Under the pieces are notes generated by a model that was not told the origin of the DNA, ran no database searches, and saw only the letters and a program-made list of their open reading frames with translations. The position numbers were made by a program, and so were the translations under genes. Shown piece after piece: positions 1 through 12,700 of a stretch of DNA of 64,000 bases (positions are counted from its first letter, which is position 1; each line of letters begins with the position of its first letter). The stretch comes from Raillietiella orientalis (lineage: Eukaryota), in the NCBI GenBank assembly GCA_036172245.1, contig JAYWIR010000012.1, positions 496,001 through 560,000 on the forward strand, given 5' to 3'.

Positions 1-290
1 TTTTTATCCTCATTTCAATTTGTCTTCTTTTTCAATTTCATTTCTTCCCACCATTTTTAATTGCCACCATTGTTTGTTTTTCATTATTTGATATTCATAT
101 ATTCATTTCTACAAATTCATTTATGCATTAATCTACATATAAATATATATTATCTCTATATAACATCATAATATATATAAATATATATACTACCATCTAT
201 CTATCTATCTATATACACATATGTATTAGTATATACAATAAACATATGTATTTATTTTCAAGGACGTTCGGGATTTCGAACTGAACCCTT
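1..290. mobile_element. Partial copy of the 53909-55206 TIR element
   Basis: ttcccaccatttttaattgccaccattgttt (45-75) matches 54515-54546. An AT-rich tract ends in TIR-like ttcgggatttcg (267-278). Confidence 0.5.
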
Positions 291-989
291 TTATTTCACG
301 TGTTCCAGCCTTCGAAAGAACCCCCTTTGCCTTTCTGAAAGGTAGACTTCAACCGAAATCAAGTCTGCTCCAGACTTGCTCGGATTTTCTCTCTCCACCG
401 TTCCCGCAACCAGAAGGCAGTGGATTCACCTTGCTCCCATCCGCAACCTTTTGTAGATCGCACAAAGTATCAGTCACCCTTGAAACCAGGTGACCTCTTC
501 ATCGGGACAAAGTGCAACCCGGTGTGCGAGCAGCATCTTCTCAAGGACTCCAAGTGAAGGATGGCTTTTGTTGTTGTTGTCTTTTGTGATAATTATTTTT
601 TTTCCTTTCCGGTTTGTTGCCCTCGCAAGCACTGACCTCATTAAGTAGTTCCCTGACCGGACACTGCGCGATCATGTCCCAACCCTTCGAGAGGTTCAAA
701 CTAGTGCAAGTGAAGGAGAGAGAATGTCAGCTATCGTTTCGAGTTCAAATCGCATGGTGCACGAGGGGTGATCATCATTTTCCCCCCAACATTTTCGTGT
801 AGAAGACTATGAGCGACACGTAAGGGCCCGTGGCGCAGGAACCCAGAGTCGCAAGACACGCTTTCGGAGTTCCGGTTCATCCTCCGAGGTCCGAACTCCA
901 GTCTATCTCCCACAGTCAGGGGTCAGCATGCCATGGTCGATTCTTGAGGCATTCCATATGCTTATTTTTATTTCATGTTTTCTTTTTTT

Positions 990-1730
990 TGGAAGCCGTT
1001 CGCTAGGAGCTAAAGAACCGTTCACCTCCTTTCGGAAGGATCAAAAAGATCTTAAAGACAGTCTACAGGGGTGCATGAAACTCATCAAGTTAGCGGGTGA
1101 CCGCATAGAGAACACCTCATGAATACAGGAAGGCTTCAGAGGAAGGGACTTCCTCTTACGCTTGGGAGGGAACCCTGAAGAAAATCCTCCAACTTGGTTG
1201 TCTTCCTGAAGAACCACTTCCTAGTACTCTCTGGAGGAAACCACAAAGAAGGCCACCCATTATTCCTTCATCTGAGAGAACACGGAAAGGACCCTCAAAA
1301 GCAATTCCTTCTCAAGACAGAACCCTCAAGGAAACGCTCCTCGTTTCCTACTCTGAGAACAACCAATAAAAAAACAGCGCTCTTCTTGACACTCAGGAGA
1401 GGCGACTCCCCAATGGGGGTACCAACCACGTCCATGGTACGCGCTAGACGAATCTCTCCCAATGGTCCTACGCCTCCATTTTCGCAATTGGGAGGGAACC
1501 AAGAAGGATTCTCGCAAATCGACCCGCCCGGACAATCAATCGGGGACATTCGACTTCCTTCCGTGCCACACCCAAATAGGCCAGCCAGCGTCACCCGGCA
1601 TGAGAGGGGACTCGGAACCCACGATGAACCCATTTTCATGGTGTGAATGCTTTCGCGGGGGGGATTCGATCCCGTGACGCCAGGTGCCACGCACAGGAGA
1701 CTGCAGCCGAACGGCCTCCGATGCGGGCTC
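990..1730 (-). mobile_element. Interspersed repeat with tRNA-like (Pol III B-box) segment, SINE-like; copy 1
   Basis: Minus strand reads cccgc...cacgggatcgaatccc at 1727-1660. The body aligns with 62790-63460 (e.g. ttaaagacagtctac...aactcatcaagttag vs ttaaggctgtctac...aactcttcaagttag). A more decayed duplicate is at ~5900-6520. Confidence 0.6.
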
Positions 1731-2707
1731 GCGCCATTCGCCTCATGCAAACGACACTGTGCAGGTGCCTCCTGCTAACCAACAGCTCACAAGGGTCGAT
1801 GATGATGGGGAGTCCAGAAACATCGAAGCTCAACGATTAATCGGGTAGGACCCTCTGCATCTCTGTTTGGCCGACGACTTCCACCCGCACTGTTCCAGTC
1901 GCGGTGCGGTAGGGTGCACGTTTGTGTGATGGAGCCCGAGGTGCAACCCGGCTGGATGATGGGATCGGAAGAAGTGAGATACGTCCCCAGAGGTGAAGAG
2001 ATTTCCCGTCCGCTGCACCGTCCATCTCTCCAGCATCGTTGCTGACATCGGGTATCGGGTACCTCACAAAAACCTGCCACACCCGGTCACCTTTCACCGC
2101 GTCAACATGAGCGTGTGTCAGTACCGCTATGAGGATTCAAGGGATACACCCCAACCTCACCTATTCTCAGCACTGATCTTCAGGGACGGAATACAAAAAA
2201 AGCTTTGTACGTGGATCAAAAGGGAGTTGATTTTTGGAAAGCGTCCGGACACTATAAAGGGAGTTCCTCTGGCAGCTCTAGGACTTCCTTCCCAACGACC
2301 TGTGCTCTCATGGGGGGAAACACAAAAGAGTTCCGCAGTTCGCGTGCCTCTAACGTTGGCCTTGCCATATCACTCAGTCTGAAGGAGCTCCATCCAAAGC
2401 AGCGAAATCTTCGGCAGCAGGAAAACCGCCTGGCCGTCAAGAGGGGGAAATGGTCCCGCTCATTGGCCCTCTGACATTGACCAGCGTGCCCTCGAGGACC
2501 TCCAGTGTCTTAGAGTAACTGTGGAGGCTATTTTCTAGGTTTCGAAACAAAAAACAAATCACGTAATCGTGAAGAGAAAAGAAAAGAGAAGAGAAAAGAC
2601 ACCACTGTGCAAGTGGACTTTAACCAGACTCGCGTTACCGCAGTAGATGGGAGAAAACAAAGAGAAACAAAATTGTTCCAAAAAGTATAGATGCTGGACG
2701 TTAGCAT

Positions 2708-4007
2708 TTATAACTGCCTGTCGTGCAAGTTGAATCCAAGGTACCTACCCATGTTGGCAACAGCGATGTTCGTCCGAACTCGCAGCAAGAACGGCAGCAT
2801 GTGGGCTGGAAGGCATCCGGGGATGGAGCCTACCGAAGGAAATTGGAACTTACTGCAAACTTCCACGGAAGGCGCTGCCATGGCGGAAACTGGATTGAGA
2901 GCGCCACCACAAAAGCGACTCTGGATGCAGGGAGAGGTTGGAAGCATTGCGTTTGCCAAGCTGTCTCCGCAGCTGATTTGGACAAAGTCGGCCATGCAAT
3001 TCATTCCAGCGCTGTTCGTCAAGGACATATCTCCAGGACTGTCTATTGAGAACCCCGTGTTCGCTTCAAAAGGGGAAGAAAGCAAACACAGCAGTCTGCG
3101 ACCCATTTCCTGTCGAATGCAGATATGGTAGTCCAGAAACGACAACAGGACCGAGCCCATCAAGCCCGTCCAAAAAAAAGAAGGCGCCGTTCCAGTGAGT
3201 CCTGTGAAGTACTGGAAACATCGACTGGGAGTTAGAAACCAGATAAAGCTCGAAGATCTTAAAGAGTATCGCATGGCATACGAGTTCGAAAGGCAAACCA
3301 TAAAATTGCTCCAACTCACCCGTCCACTCATCCACAAGGCGACCTCACCAGGATATAGGTGGATTGCGATGTGTTGAGAGGACCCTTCGCATCAGGAAAC
3401 GAACTCGCCTCTTACCTGCGTATTCCCCAATTGGGATCTGCATTAAGAACAGCGTCCACGTGCGTGGAGCAGCCATAGCAGCAGGTGCGACAAGTGTGAA
3501 ACTTAGCATGATGTCGCTGCCCGTTTGAGGGAACTCCACGTATACAGAAAAGCAAGCGCCTCTTCGAAAACCACTCCTTCATATGCAAAGATCCCCGAAA
3601 CTCGGGAAGCCCAATGGTCAGAAAGGACACGCGGCTCAGGCGGCAGATCTGCTTGCATGCAGAAGTCGATTCCAGGCGGGCAAACAGATGCTGCATCCGG
3701 AGGAGCACGCTTCATGCAAAAGTCGAGGCGAATGAAGTGCTTCGATCCCTTCGAGCTTCTAATTCATATTGATGAAGAGAAGTGTCGAAAGATGGAACGA
3801 AAAAACGCCAGAGATCTCGGTCGCAATCGACAGTCACTCTTGAAAAGTGTCATTGGGTATACACAAGTGATCATTGTTACTATTGGATCCACAGATCGCT
3901 TGCAAAATTGGACAGTGAGATCCAGGAACAGACACAGAGAATAAATCTATATCACAGAATCCCGTTGCCATTGCTACTGGCATAAGTTGAAGGAGGATAA
4001 GTTCACA
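2708..4007 (-). pseudogene. 5'-truncated pseudogenic paralog of the CUB-type gene
   Basis: Four exons are homologous to the last four of the 7491-10230 gene (4007-~3868, 3544-3416, 3231-2854, 2805-2708). Acceptor AG is replaced by TT (4009-4008), TG (3546-3545) and AA (3233-3232). One donor is lost near 3868, there is a 1-nt deletion near 3984, and the first three exons are missing. Confidence 0.75.
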
Positions 4008-4203
4008 AAGGAAAAAAAAAAGCTTCATGAAAAACAAGCTCTGCGCTTCTCGCAGCCACATACTTCCGATTCGCCCCTTGGCGTGCATTCGACTTCCAGA
4101 ATCAAACGCTTTCCCCATTTCGGTCTGTGGACAATAAAAACACACGGTCCGGAGACCGTCGATAATAGGGTGCGAAATTTTTTAACACGGGATGAGGGTG
4201 TAT

Positions 4204-5378
4204 GAAAAAAGGAATTTCGAATGTGAAGTGTCCCAAGCAATTGCTCGACATACGGTATAATTCGCAGAACGACATGGACAAGCTGCAGTGTTCTCCGTCC
4301 GCGGTGAAAGAACACAACTCTACGAGGCAGCGTCTTCGTACAGTTCGAGTTGAAGAATCTCACCGGAGGAGTAGTCAAGTGAAGGCGAAACCTTGAAACA
4401 GGACCCTGGACCACAAGTAGCAGGTGCTGCTTCGTGGACGGGATGAACACATCAGGATGGCGGAACGAAGCTGCACAATCGGTGGACCAAACGTTGGAAC
4501 CCCACCTCGGAGGTAGAGTTGGTTTACCAAACAGCCAAAAAAAAGCAAATTTCCAGGCGATTTTCTGCGGTGCGAAAATGACGATTTGTTCGTGGATGAC
4601 ACAGATGATGCCAGGGTTTTCGTACACGAGCGGACAAGGGAAAGAATGCTCTTGAAGTTGGAGTTGCCAACAGGAGGAAAGAAATGCCTGCGACCGTGGT
4701 ACTGATACCCTGCCGATGAACTCATCCCATTCGGGTGTGACTGCACAGGAAGCTTTGCGGACGGTTGGATGAAAAGAAAAAGGAAAAAAGGGGTGATGGG
4801 GAAGGGAAATTTTGATCTGAATGAGAAACCGTGTTGTGAAAGCGGCTTCAAACTGGAAAAGTTCATTTTCGGTCTGTACCCACTGTGCCCACTGTGATGT
4901 GTGGCTTGGTGACCGTGTCAGCAGCAACGGATTCGGTAAGCGCGCGGGGTGGACAAGTGTAGAAAACTTCATCTGGAACTGTGATCCCGTCTTCCTTTAA
5001 TGCATGCAGCATCCCATCTGCATCATTAGTGACTATGAGTACCCTTCGTGCTCTTCCAGCGTAAGGGGGAGGAGCCAACTCGAAAATGCAACCGCCGCCA
5101 CCGGGGATAGGTGAAGGAATGACGCCGTTGAGGGATAGGAGAGGCGCGCCTGATTTCTTGAAGTATAGAGGCTGCAAGATCTAAAAGTGTCCGTGGATAT
5201 TCTTCCGTTTTCATTGCAGCTGAATGTCAAACTTGAGCGTTTCATGCGCCTGATTAGGAAAGGCTGCCTGATTGAGCAGTACCCAGCTGAAGAATTTGGA
5301 TTGCCGTCTTTTTAACCTCAGCTCAATTCCTGTAGCCAAGCAGAATCGGTGGGTGGTGCACTGAACGACGATGCACTC
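4204..5378 (+). repeat. Near-identical ~1.2 kb direct repeat of 12136-13330
   Basis: Long identical runs (e.g. gaaaaaaggaatttcgaatgtgaagtgt...). The ORF track gives almost identical peptides at 4202/12134, 4863/12815 and 5026/12978. There is one ~20-nt indel near 12548-12567. Confidence 0.92.
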
Positions 5379-7490
5379 GAAGGATTAAGTGGTGAAGGTA
5401 CGGTAGGAATTACTACAAAGGGCTGACAGTATTCATAGGGCTCCAAAATGACTTGGGACGGAAAATCATTGGATGGTTGCTTCAGAGTTTAAGCTTTTGT
5501 CGAATGACCACATGAGAACGAATTTTCAATTGCTGTGGCCGAATTTGTTGGAGCCTGCGCTTCGTACATGAAGAATGCCCTACGAGAAAATCGACGTACC
5601 CTGAAATCTGTGTCCAACGCACCAATCCGTGTGAGCTGCCCTTTTATAGAAGGATCTTTGTAAAGTGATAGACCCTTCACTTCTTTACTGCGATGCTGGC
5701 TGGGGATCCCTTGCAAACGCAAAGAATACTCCATAGAAGGATGAAGCTATGGTTGATTTTCTCGTCTTCGGCTCTGTCTTTTCTGCTTCTTTTTCTGTTT
5801 CCGATTTTCCTTTTTTTAGTTCGCCAAATACTTCAAAATGCGGCGTCCGCCTGAGGTCTCACGCAGCGGTATTTTCCTGGTGGACGCGTTTTGCTGGATG
5901 TGTGTGAATGTTGATGATAGGGGATTCCCATGGAGGAGCCACTTCCTGATTCCAGGACGGGCGGAACTCATGAAAGTCCCTTACTGCCAGTTGTTTGGAA
6001 AGATCCCCGAAAGATCCCCGAGGAATCCTTTTCCTCATTTACTCGTAATGGACTCTCCAGAAGGAGCAACTTCTCATTTCTTCTCGGGATGCAACCTTAT
6101 AGGGAACCCCTCTCGTTCCCTGCTATGAGGAGAACTTCTCAAGGAGCAGCGCTTACCTTCACGCTCCGGAGAGGCAACTCTTTCTTAGGGGTGTCAACCA
6201 TCGCCATAGCACGCGTTAAAGGGTTCTCTGCTCATCGGCCGCACTGCTTTGTTTTCGCATTGGAAGGGAACGCGGAAGAATTTTTTGGTTAATGCAATTT
6301 GATTCGCCGAGTAACCGCGGATCATGAATCAGGTACATATGTCTTCCCTCGGTGGCACCTTCGAGTTGTTCGACCAGCCTATTCGGGGTTTCCACCAGAA
6401 GAGGAAACTTCAACGACGAACCATTTGTGTTGGCGTCGATCCTTCCCGTGTGGGATTGGAAGAAGCAGCGCTTTGTGCTGCGCGCGGTGGTCTCCTTTGA
6501 CACGGTCTGTGGCGCTCAATCGCACCATTCGATTGGTGCACACGGCACTGTGCATCAACCTCCAGGTGACCAACATACCAAAAGGGTCAATGGTGATGAG
6601 AGGTTCAGAAGCATCGGAGTACCAACGAGCAGACAGGACGGAATCGTTTTTGACCGACGCCTTCCACGAACCGTTGTGGCGGTCACGGTGTGGTCGCGTG
6701 ATCGCTTGCGTGGTGGCGCCTGAGGTGGTATCTAGCTGGCTGTTGGGCGTGCTTGCAAAGAGCTACTTCCTCTGCTACGTAAGGATTTCTGGTTCGCCGT
6801 CACGACGAACCCGCTGGCGTCACTAATGTCAGCACTTATCTCAGAAAAACCATCCGCTACACGTAACCTTTCACCGCGTCAGAATGTGCGGTTGTCCGCG
6901 CCATCATTGGGATTGAAGCGATGCACCACAACAAAACCTGAATACAGTAATGCTCAATTGAAAGCGAAAAACGCTTTGTACTTTGGTGAAATCGGAGTGG
7001 GAGGGAATATATTTTCGAAAAAACTTCCGTGAATTTCACTGGAAGTCTGCAGGTAAAGCTCCCCTTTGTTTTCATCCATCTTGATGTAGTGGAGGGAGGC
7101 GCAAAAGAGGTGTACGGTTCGCGTGCTCCTAGCGTTCGGCCTTTCATCCCGAATAGGCTGGAGTACTCCATCCATCACAAGGAAATCTTCGGTAGCAGGA
7201 AGGACGCATGGCACCCAGAAAGAACGCAATGGGAATTGGTGTCGCTCGATCATCCGGAAACCTTGGCAAGCGTAGCTTCAAGATCCTTCAGGTGCTTAGA
7301 GAAAGTTCGAACGCGATTTTCTGGATATGGATGGAAGAAAAGACCACGCAGTAGGGGAACGGGGGAGAGTGGAGCACACCAACCAAAATGTGCTCCTGAA
7401 CTTTAACCAGACTCCGGGTGCCGCAGTGCGTGAGGGAAAACAGGGTAGCAAATAATTATTCCATAGAGATCGAACCGTGTAAGTTGGAGT

Positions 7491-10230
7491 TTATAACTGC
7501 GAGAAGTTCAAGTTGAATCCACGGTTGTTGGCAGCGTTGGTAACAGCGTTGTTGGTACGAATTCGCAGCATGAACGGTAGGACACGCGCTGGAAAGCACC
7601 CGGGGAAGGGGGCTGTCGAGGGCAATTCGAACTTACTGCAAACTGGCATGGAAGGAGCCGCCATGGCGGTAGTTGGATTGAGAGCGCCACCGCAAAACCG
7701 ATTCTGGTTGCAGACAGTGGTTGGAAGCATTACGTTCGCCATACTGGCACCGCAGCTGATATGGACGAAGTCAGCCCTGCAGTTCATTAGAGCGCTGTTA
7801 GACAAGGACATAGCCCCAGGACTGTCTATTGAGAATCCTGTGTTTGCAGCCACAGGCGTAGGGACCAAACACAGCACTCTGCGTCCCATTTCCTGTCGAA
7901 TGCAGATTTGGTAATCCAGATTATTCACGAGAACAGAACCAGGAGCACCCGTCCACCCAAAAGACGTCAAAGTCCCAGTGAGTCCCGTGAAGAACTGCAG
8001 GCATCCACTGGGAGCTAGAAACATAATTAAGCACAAGACTGGGAAGAGTCTCGGATGGCATACGAATTCACAAGGCACAACTATATACGTGTGGGGAATT
8101 CCTACAACTCACCCGTCCACTCATCCACAAGGCGACCTCACCAGGATATAGGTGGATTGCGATGTGTTGAGAGGACCCCTCGCATCAGAAAACGAACTCG
8201 CCTCTTACCTGCGTATTCCCCAGTTGGGATCTGCATTAAGAACAGCGTCCACGTGCGTGGAGCAGCCATAGCAGCAGGTGCGACAAGTGTGAAACTTAGC
8301 ATGATGTCGCCACCCGTTTGAGGGAACTCCACGTATACTGAAAAGGAAGCGCCTCTTCAAATACCACTCCTTCATATGCAAAGATCCCCGAAACTCGGGA
8401 AGCCCAATGGTCAGGAAGACACGCGGCTCGGAAGGCAGATCTGCTTGCATGCAGAAGTCGCTTCCAGGCGGGCAAGCAGATGCTGCATCCGGAGGAGAAC
8501 GCTTCATGCAAAAGTCGATGCGTATGAAGTGGTTGTTTCCCCTCGAGATTCCAATTCATCTTAATGCAGAAAAGAGTGGAAAGATTTAACGATATAACCC
8601 CAGCGATCTCGGTCGCATTCCGCAGACACACTGGAAGACTACGAATACGGGAAGTGTATTTGGATATCCAGAGGCGATTTAGCGGAGGGATACTCACGAT
8701 GGTTGTTAGCATTGATTCCACAAATGGGTGGTATAATCGCACTCTGCGAACCAGTCCCCGTGATAGTGAACATATCCATATCACATAATGCAGTTGCCAT
8801 AGTTGGTGGCATAATGTTCAGGGGCGCCAAGTTGACCCTGAAAAAAAAGGTTTCCTGCAAATGGAGCTCCGCACACCTCCCAACCACGTACTATTTCTTC
8901 AGACTTTCGCGCGCATTGCCGTTCCAGAAGGGAACGCGTTCTTCATTTCGGTTTCCGGGCGGAAAATAGGGGAACCGGTTTGGGGACCCTCGGGAAGAGG
9001 GAACAAAGTCTTTTACCACGGGATCGATTTCACCTAGGCCTGAGAAACGACTCTGATGTATCTCTTCTGCAACTGGGCTTCGACTCGCAACCGACATGCC
9101 AAGACAACCAACTTATACACCAGAGCCCGGTACGATGCGCTTTTCGCAACAAGGTGGATTGGGTTACTCTATTTTCTTTCTGCATATTCTCTATCACGGA
9201 AGAAGACAAAAGGAAACTTACCGAAGCTGACTAACAGAGGGTATTTGACGAGTTACCGTTAGTTGGCACTGACCACCAGTCATGAGTATATTGCCCGATG
9301 GCATGAAACTGGTGTTGTTCGAGTTTGTTCTTCCAGCGCACCCCAATCGCACTGAAACGCGAGAACCCCTCATCATTCTTAGACAAGATTTCCATGATTC
9401 CAATTTTACCCATGCAGCAGACTCCTATTCCCAAAGCGCACGCTCCTACAGACGTGCCATTCTCCCGTGTACAATCCCTGGCCGACATACAGGTACCATG
9501 GTTTCCTCCGATCTGACAGCCAGTTTGTTGTATCCTGACGAGAAGCCATTGGCCCACTGAAAGGACGGAAGCTGCGTGATGCAAACATACAGCTGGTGCA
9601 TTGACAAGGGTGACATCCATCTCCATGTGGTAGATGGACAGCAAAGACTTTGCAAACCAACGCGCAACACGGTATGACCGTGCTTCAAAAAGAAAAATAG
9701 ATTGCAGATGCTATGAAGTGTTCTGAGCAAAAGAAACAATAATACGTGGGCGGAATATATGCTCAATCATGCGAGCAGCGTTATTCCATCGACAGCATGC
9801 AGACATTTCCTGGCACTGTGATGCCTATGACTCTAAAGAAGAGTCTGCATTTCAATCGAAGATAACCAAGACGCAGATGCAAGGGGAAAGACGGCTCTCA
9901 GTACGGTCAGCTGATCTTGGAGACCCTACGCAGGGTTCCCAGAAGTCAACTCAATCGCTCCCTATATACGAAACTGCTACTGAACACAACATCAAGGGCG
10001 AACCAGATTTCCGTTGCCCATGAGTGAGGACGCCGGTCACTCATACTTATGTTGGATGTCGGTTAACATCAATGCAGCACAGCCACAAAGAACAACAGCA
10101 ACGCATTTGTTCATTCCTTCGTTTCCAACTTACGCGATCTGCTGGTTTTCGTTTCATTTCCTGCGCATAAGGCAGCTGTTGCGAAAGGTGCACAGAGAAG
10201 GAGTATCTTCAAGAAGTTGTTGGAGGACAT
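7491..10230 (-). CDS. Secreted Cys-rich CUB-domain-type protein (arthropod expanded family), 7 coding exons
   Basis: Exons 10230-10134 (signal peptide MSSNNFLKILLLCAPFATAALCAG), 9556-9410 (GTCMSARDC...GACALGIGVCC), 9351-9222, 8837-8698 (CDMDMF...PICGIN), 8337-8209, 8014-7637 (APSGCLQFFTGLTG...YQICIRQEMG...RFCGGALN) and 7588-7491 (RGFNLNFSQL*). All introns are GT-AG and phases join in frame. Family assignment is by recognition of the APxGCLQY/FxG, YxICIRxE, RFCG and GFxLxY/F motifs. Confidence 0.8.
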
Positions 10231-10604
10231 CTTCGTGGGTTTCACGATGGGGTTCGGGCTAATGACTTCGCAGTTGTTGTTGGCAGAGTATTTATAGAGG
10301 CGAGTTCTGATGGACAAAGAAGGAGAATTACCAAATGAAACAAAAAAGGACGAATGTTGTTCTTCTGAGTTATTGCCAAGGCTCCTCCTGATTGCTTAGT
10401 TTTTTTCCCTATAACGGGCGTTTTGAAGAACACGCAATTCCGAGGAGTACAAAAGAAAAAACTCGCGACTGTGTTTTGGTGTTGAGAGAGCTACCATGGG
10501 CGGTACAGTGTACAGCAGCCACAGACGTGGTGCCCTCTTGAAATTCATGGTGAATGAACGAACTTGAAGAGCAAAGCACTTCCGTAAAAGTTGTCGTGGG
10601 ATTC

Positions 10605-11095
10605 GATGCGCCGAAGTATGCTAAGATATATACGTATATGCTTTTTGAACGTACATACGGTCGTTTTGAATATCCGTATTTATTAGCATACATATTCTTG
10701 AGAGTGAGTGATATTAGAGGAACATGTAGATTGATGAACATTAATTGGCATAATCGTTGCCATCATAATTATGAAACTGTTGACTACTTGGTTGATGCAG
10801 GCAAAAATGATTATCACTAAATGATTTATCTTACTTACATATATCCATATATATAGTTCAATGGTAAGGGAAATGTACAGAAATCTAAAAGCGCAAAGGT
10901 ATATATATATTGATGTTTCCATATTACTTCCTGTCGTTTGATCTCTATTTATGCATTCATTTACATTTATCAATATATAGACGTTTATATGAATTCTATT
11001 GACCGTACATTTCGTCGCATTATCCATAGATGTTCATCTATCGAACGTACACAGTGACTGATTTTCTCTAATCCCTAGGGATTTTGATGGGGACC
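10605..11095. mobile_element. AT-rich insert, possibly a shorter member of the same TIR family
   Basis: Abrupt AT-rich block bounded by gcgccgaa (~10608) and gggattttga (~11078-11087). Confidence 0.3.
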
Positions 11096-11099
11096 GAGA

Positions 11100-12700
11100 T
11101 CGATCCTGTTTCGAAACCTCGTCCTATCCAAAAATAGCCAAACGTGTAGACCTTCTACTTGCAAGGGCTGCTTTCTGGAAAGGTCATCCACGCGGGAAGA
11201 GTTCTTCGACATGTGCGGCGTAGACAAAGTGCTTGCATTTTCGAATGCCACGCTGCTGTTTTAGAAGGAGGCTGCCAATTGCAGACTGCAGGTGTGTGAG
11301 AGCACGCTGATTCGAAGGTCAGAGGAACTTCACCTGAAGTTTTCATGTCTTTCAGTGGGAGGAGCGCGAGAACAGTTGGCATGATCTACTTGGAACTCAT
11401 CAGAACCACGCGGTGTTGGAGTTGTCTTTACGCAGGACAAGCCCAGGGCGTGGTTTGCGAAGATCGACACTGCTTCTCAGGAAACCCCATGATCGATCGT
11501 GAAATCGCCACGTTCCGGAGGTGCGAATTTTCGAAACATCTCCTGCAGCCTTCTGGATAGAGGCGTCTCAAGTGGGAGTTGAGAGAACACAGGTTTCCCG
11601 TTGTTCCGGGAGTATTTTGAACAGCCTTGTGGGCATCTCCAGATTGACACGAGAAGCTTGCTGCCAATTTCCGGGACTCCCGAATCTCCGTAGAAACATA
11701 AGAATGCATTTGGCCTGAGCGAAGCCATCCCTGTCTTTATGGTGCCTAACAGCCACAAACGGCTTGCTGCAGAAGGGATGAAACTGCACACCGCAGCTTC
11801 GAGGAGCGCTCTGCATACTTCTCTCCTGCGCGTAAGCACCTTTGCTGGGACCGTCGGGAGTGGGCAAAGCAATTCCTCGCCCATCCAGGCGGAACTTTCA
11901 CACGCCTCTATGTACAGGGATTGGTGAAGAATTCCTCTTGCGCAAAGAGCTCCTTCACCGACGAGTGTGTTTGTTTTGCTTCTCGGGAAAGCTGAATGTT
12001 CTGAGGAGTGGGAGCGAGTGCACTTGAAGGTGCACTGTAATTTCAAGAAGCTCCTTTCTTCATTTCTGCATTGGAATGTCATACTCAAAAATTTGTGTAA
12101 CGAAAGTGCTCAGAAGATGCAAAATGAGAGTGTTTGAAAAAAGGAATTTCGAATGTGAAGTGTACCAAGCAATTGCTCGACATACGGTATAATTCGCAGA
12201 ACGACATGGACAAGCTGCAGTGTTCTCCGTCCGCGGTGAAAGAACACAACTCTACGAGGCAGCGTCTTCGTACAGTTCGAGTTGAAGAATCTCACCGGAG
12301 GAGTAGTCAAGTGAAGGCGAAACCTTGAAACAGGACCCTGGACCACAATTAGCAGGTGCTACTTCGTGGACGGGATGAACACATCAGGATGGCGGAACGA
12401 AGCTGAACAATCGGTGGACCAAACGTTGGAACCCCACCTCGGAGGTAGAGTTGGTTTACCAAACAGCCAAAAAAAAGCAAATTTCCAGGCGATTTTCTGC
12501 GGTGCGAAAATGACGATTTGTTCGCGGATGACACAGATGATGCCAGGGATGGCTCCCAGGTTCCGAGTTTTCGTACACGAGCGGACAAGGGAAAGAATGC
12601 TCTTGAAGTTGGAGTTGCCAACAGGAGGAAAGAAATGCCTGCGACCGAGGTACTGATACCGCTGCCGATGAACTCATCCCATTCGGGTGTGACTGCAGAG
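11100..12700 (+). pseudogene. Possible heavily decayed P-loop NTPase coding remnant
   Basis: LLGPSGVGKA (Walker-A-like) at ~11842-11871 and CYFVDG (Walker-B-like) at ~12357-12374, in different frames with stops. Confidence 0.25.

Noticed and set aside
4025..4972. 315-aa minus-strand ORF as a gene
   Set aside because: No recognisable domain; the near-identical copy at 12110-12924 is broken by indels and a stop.
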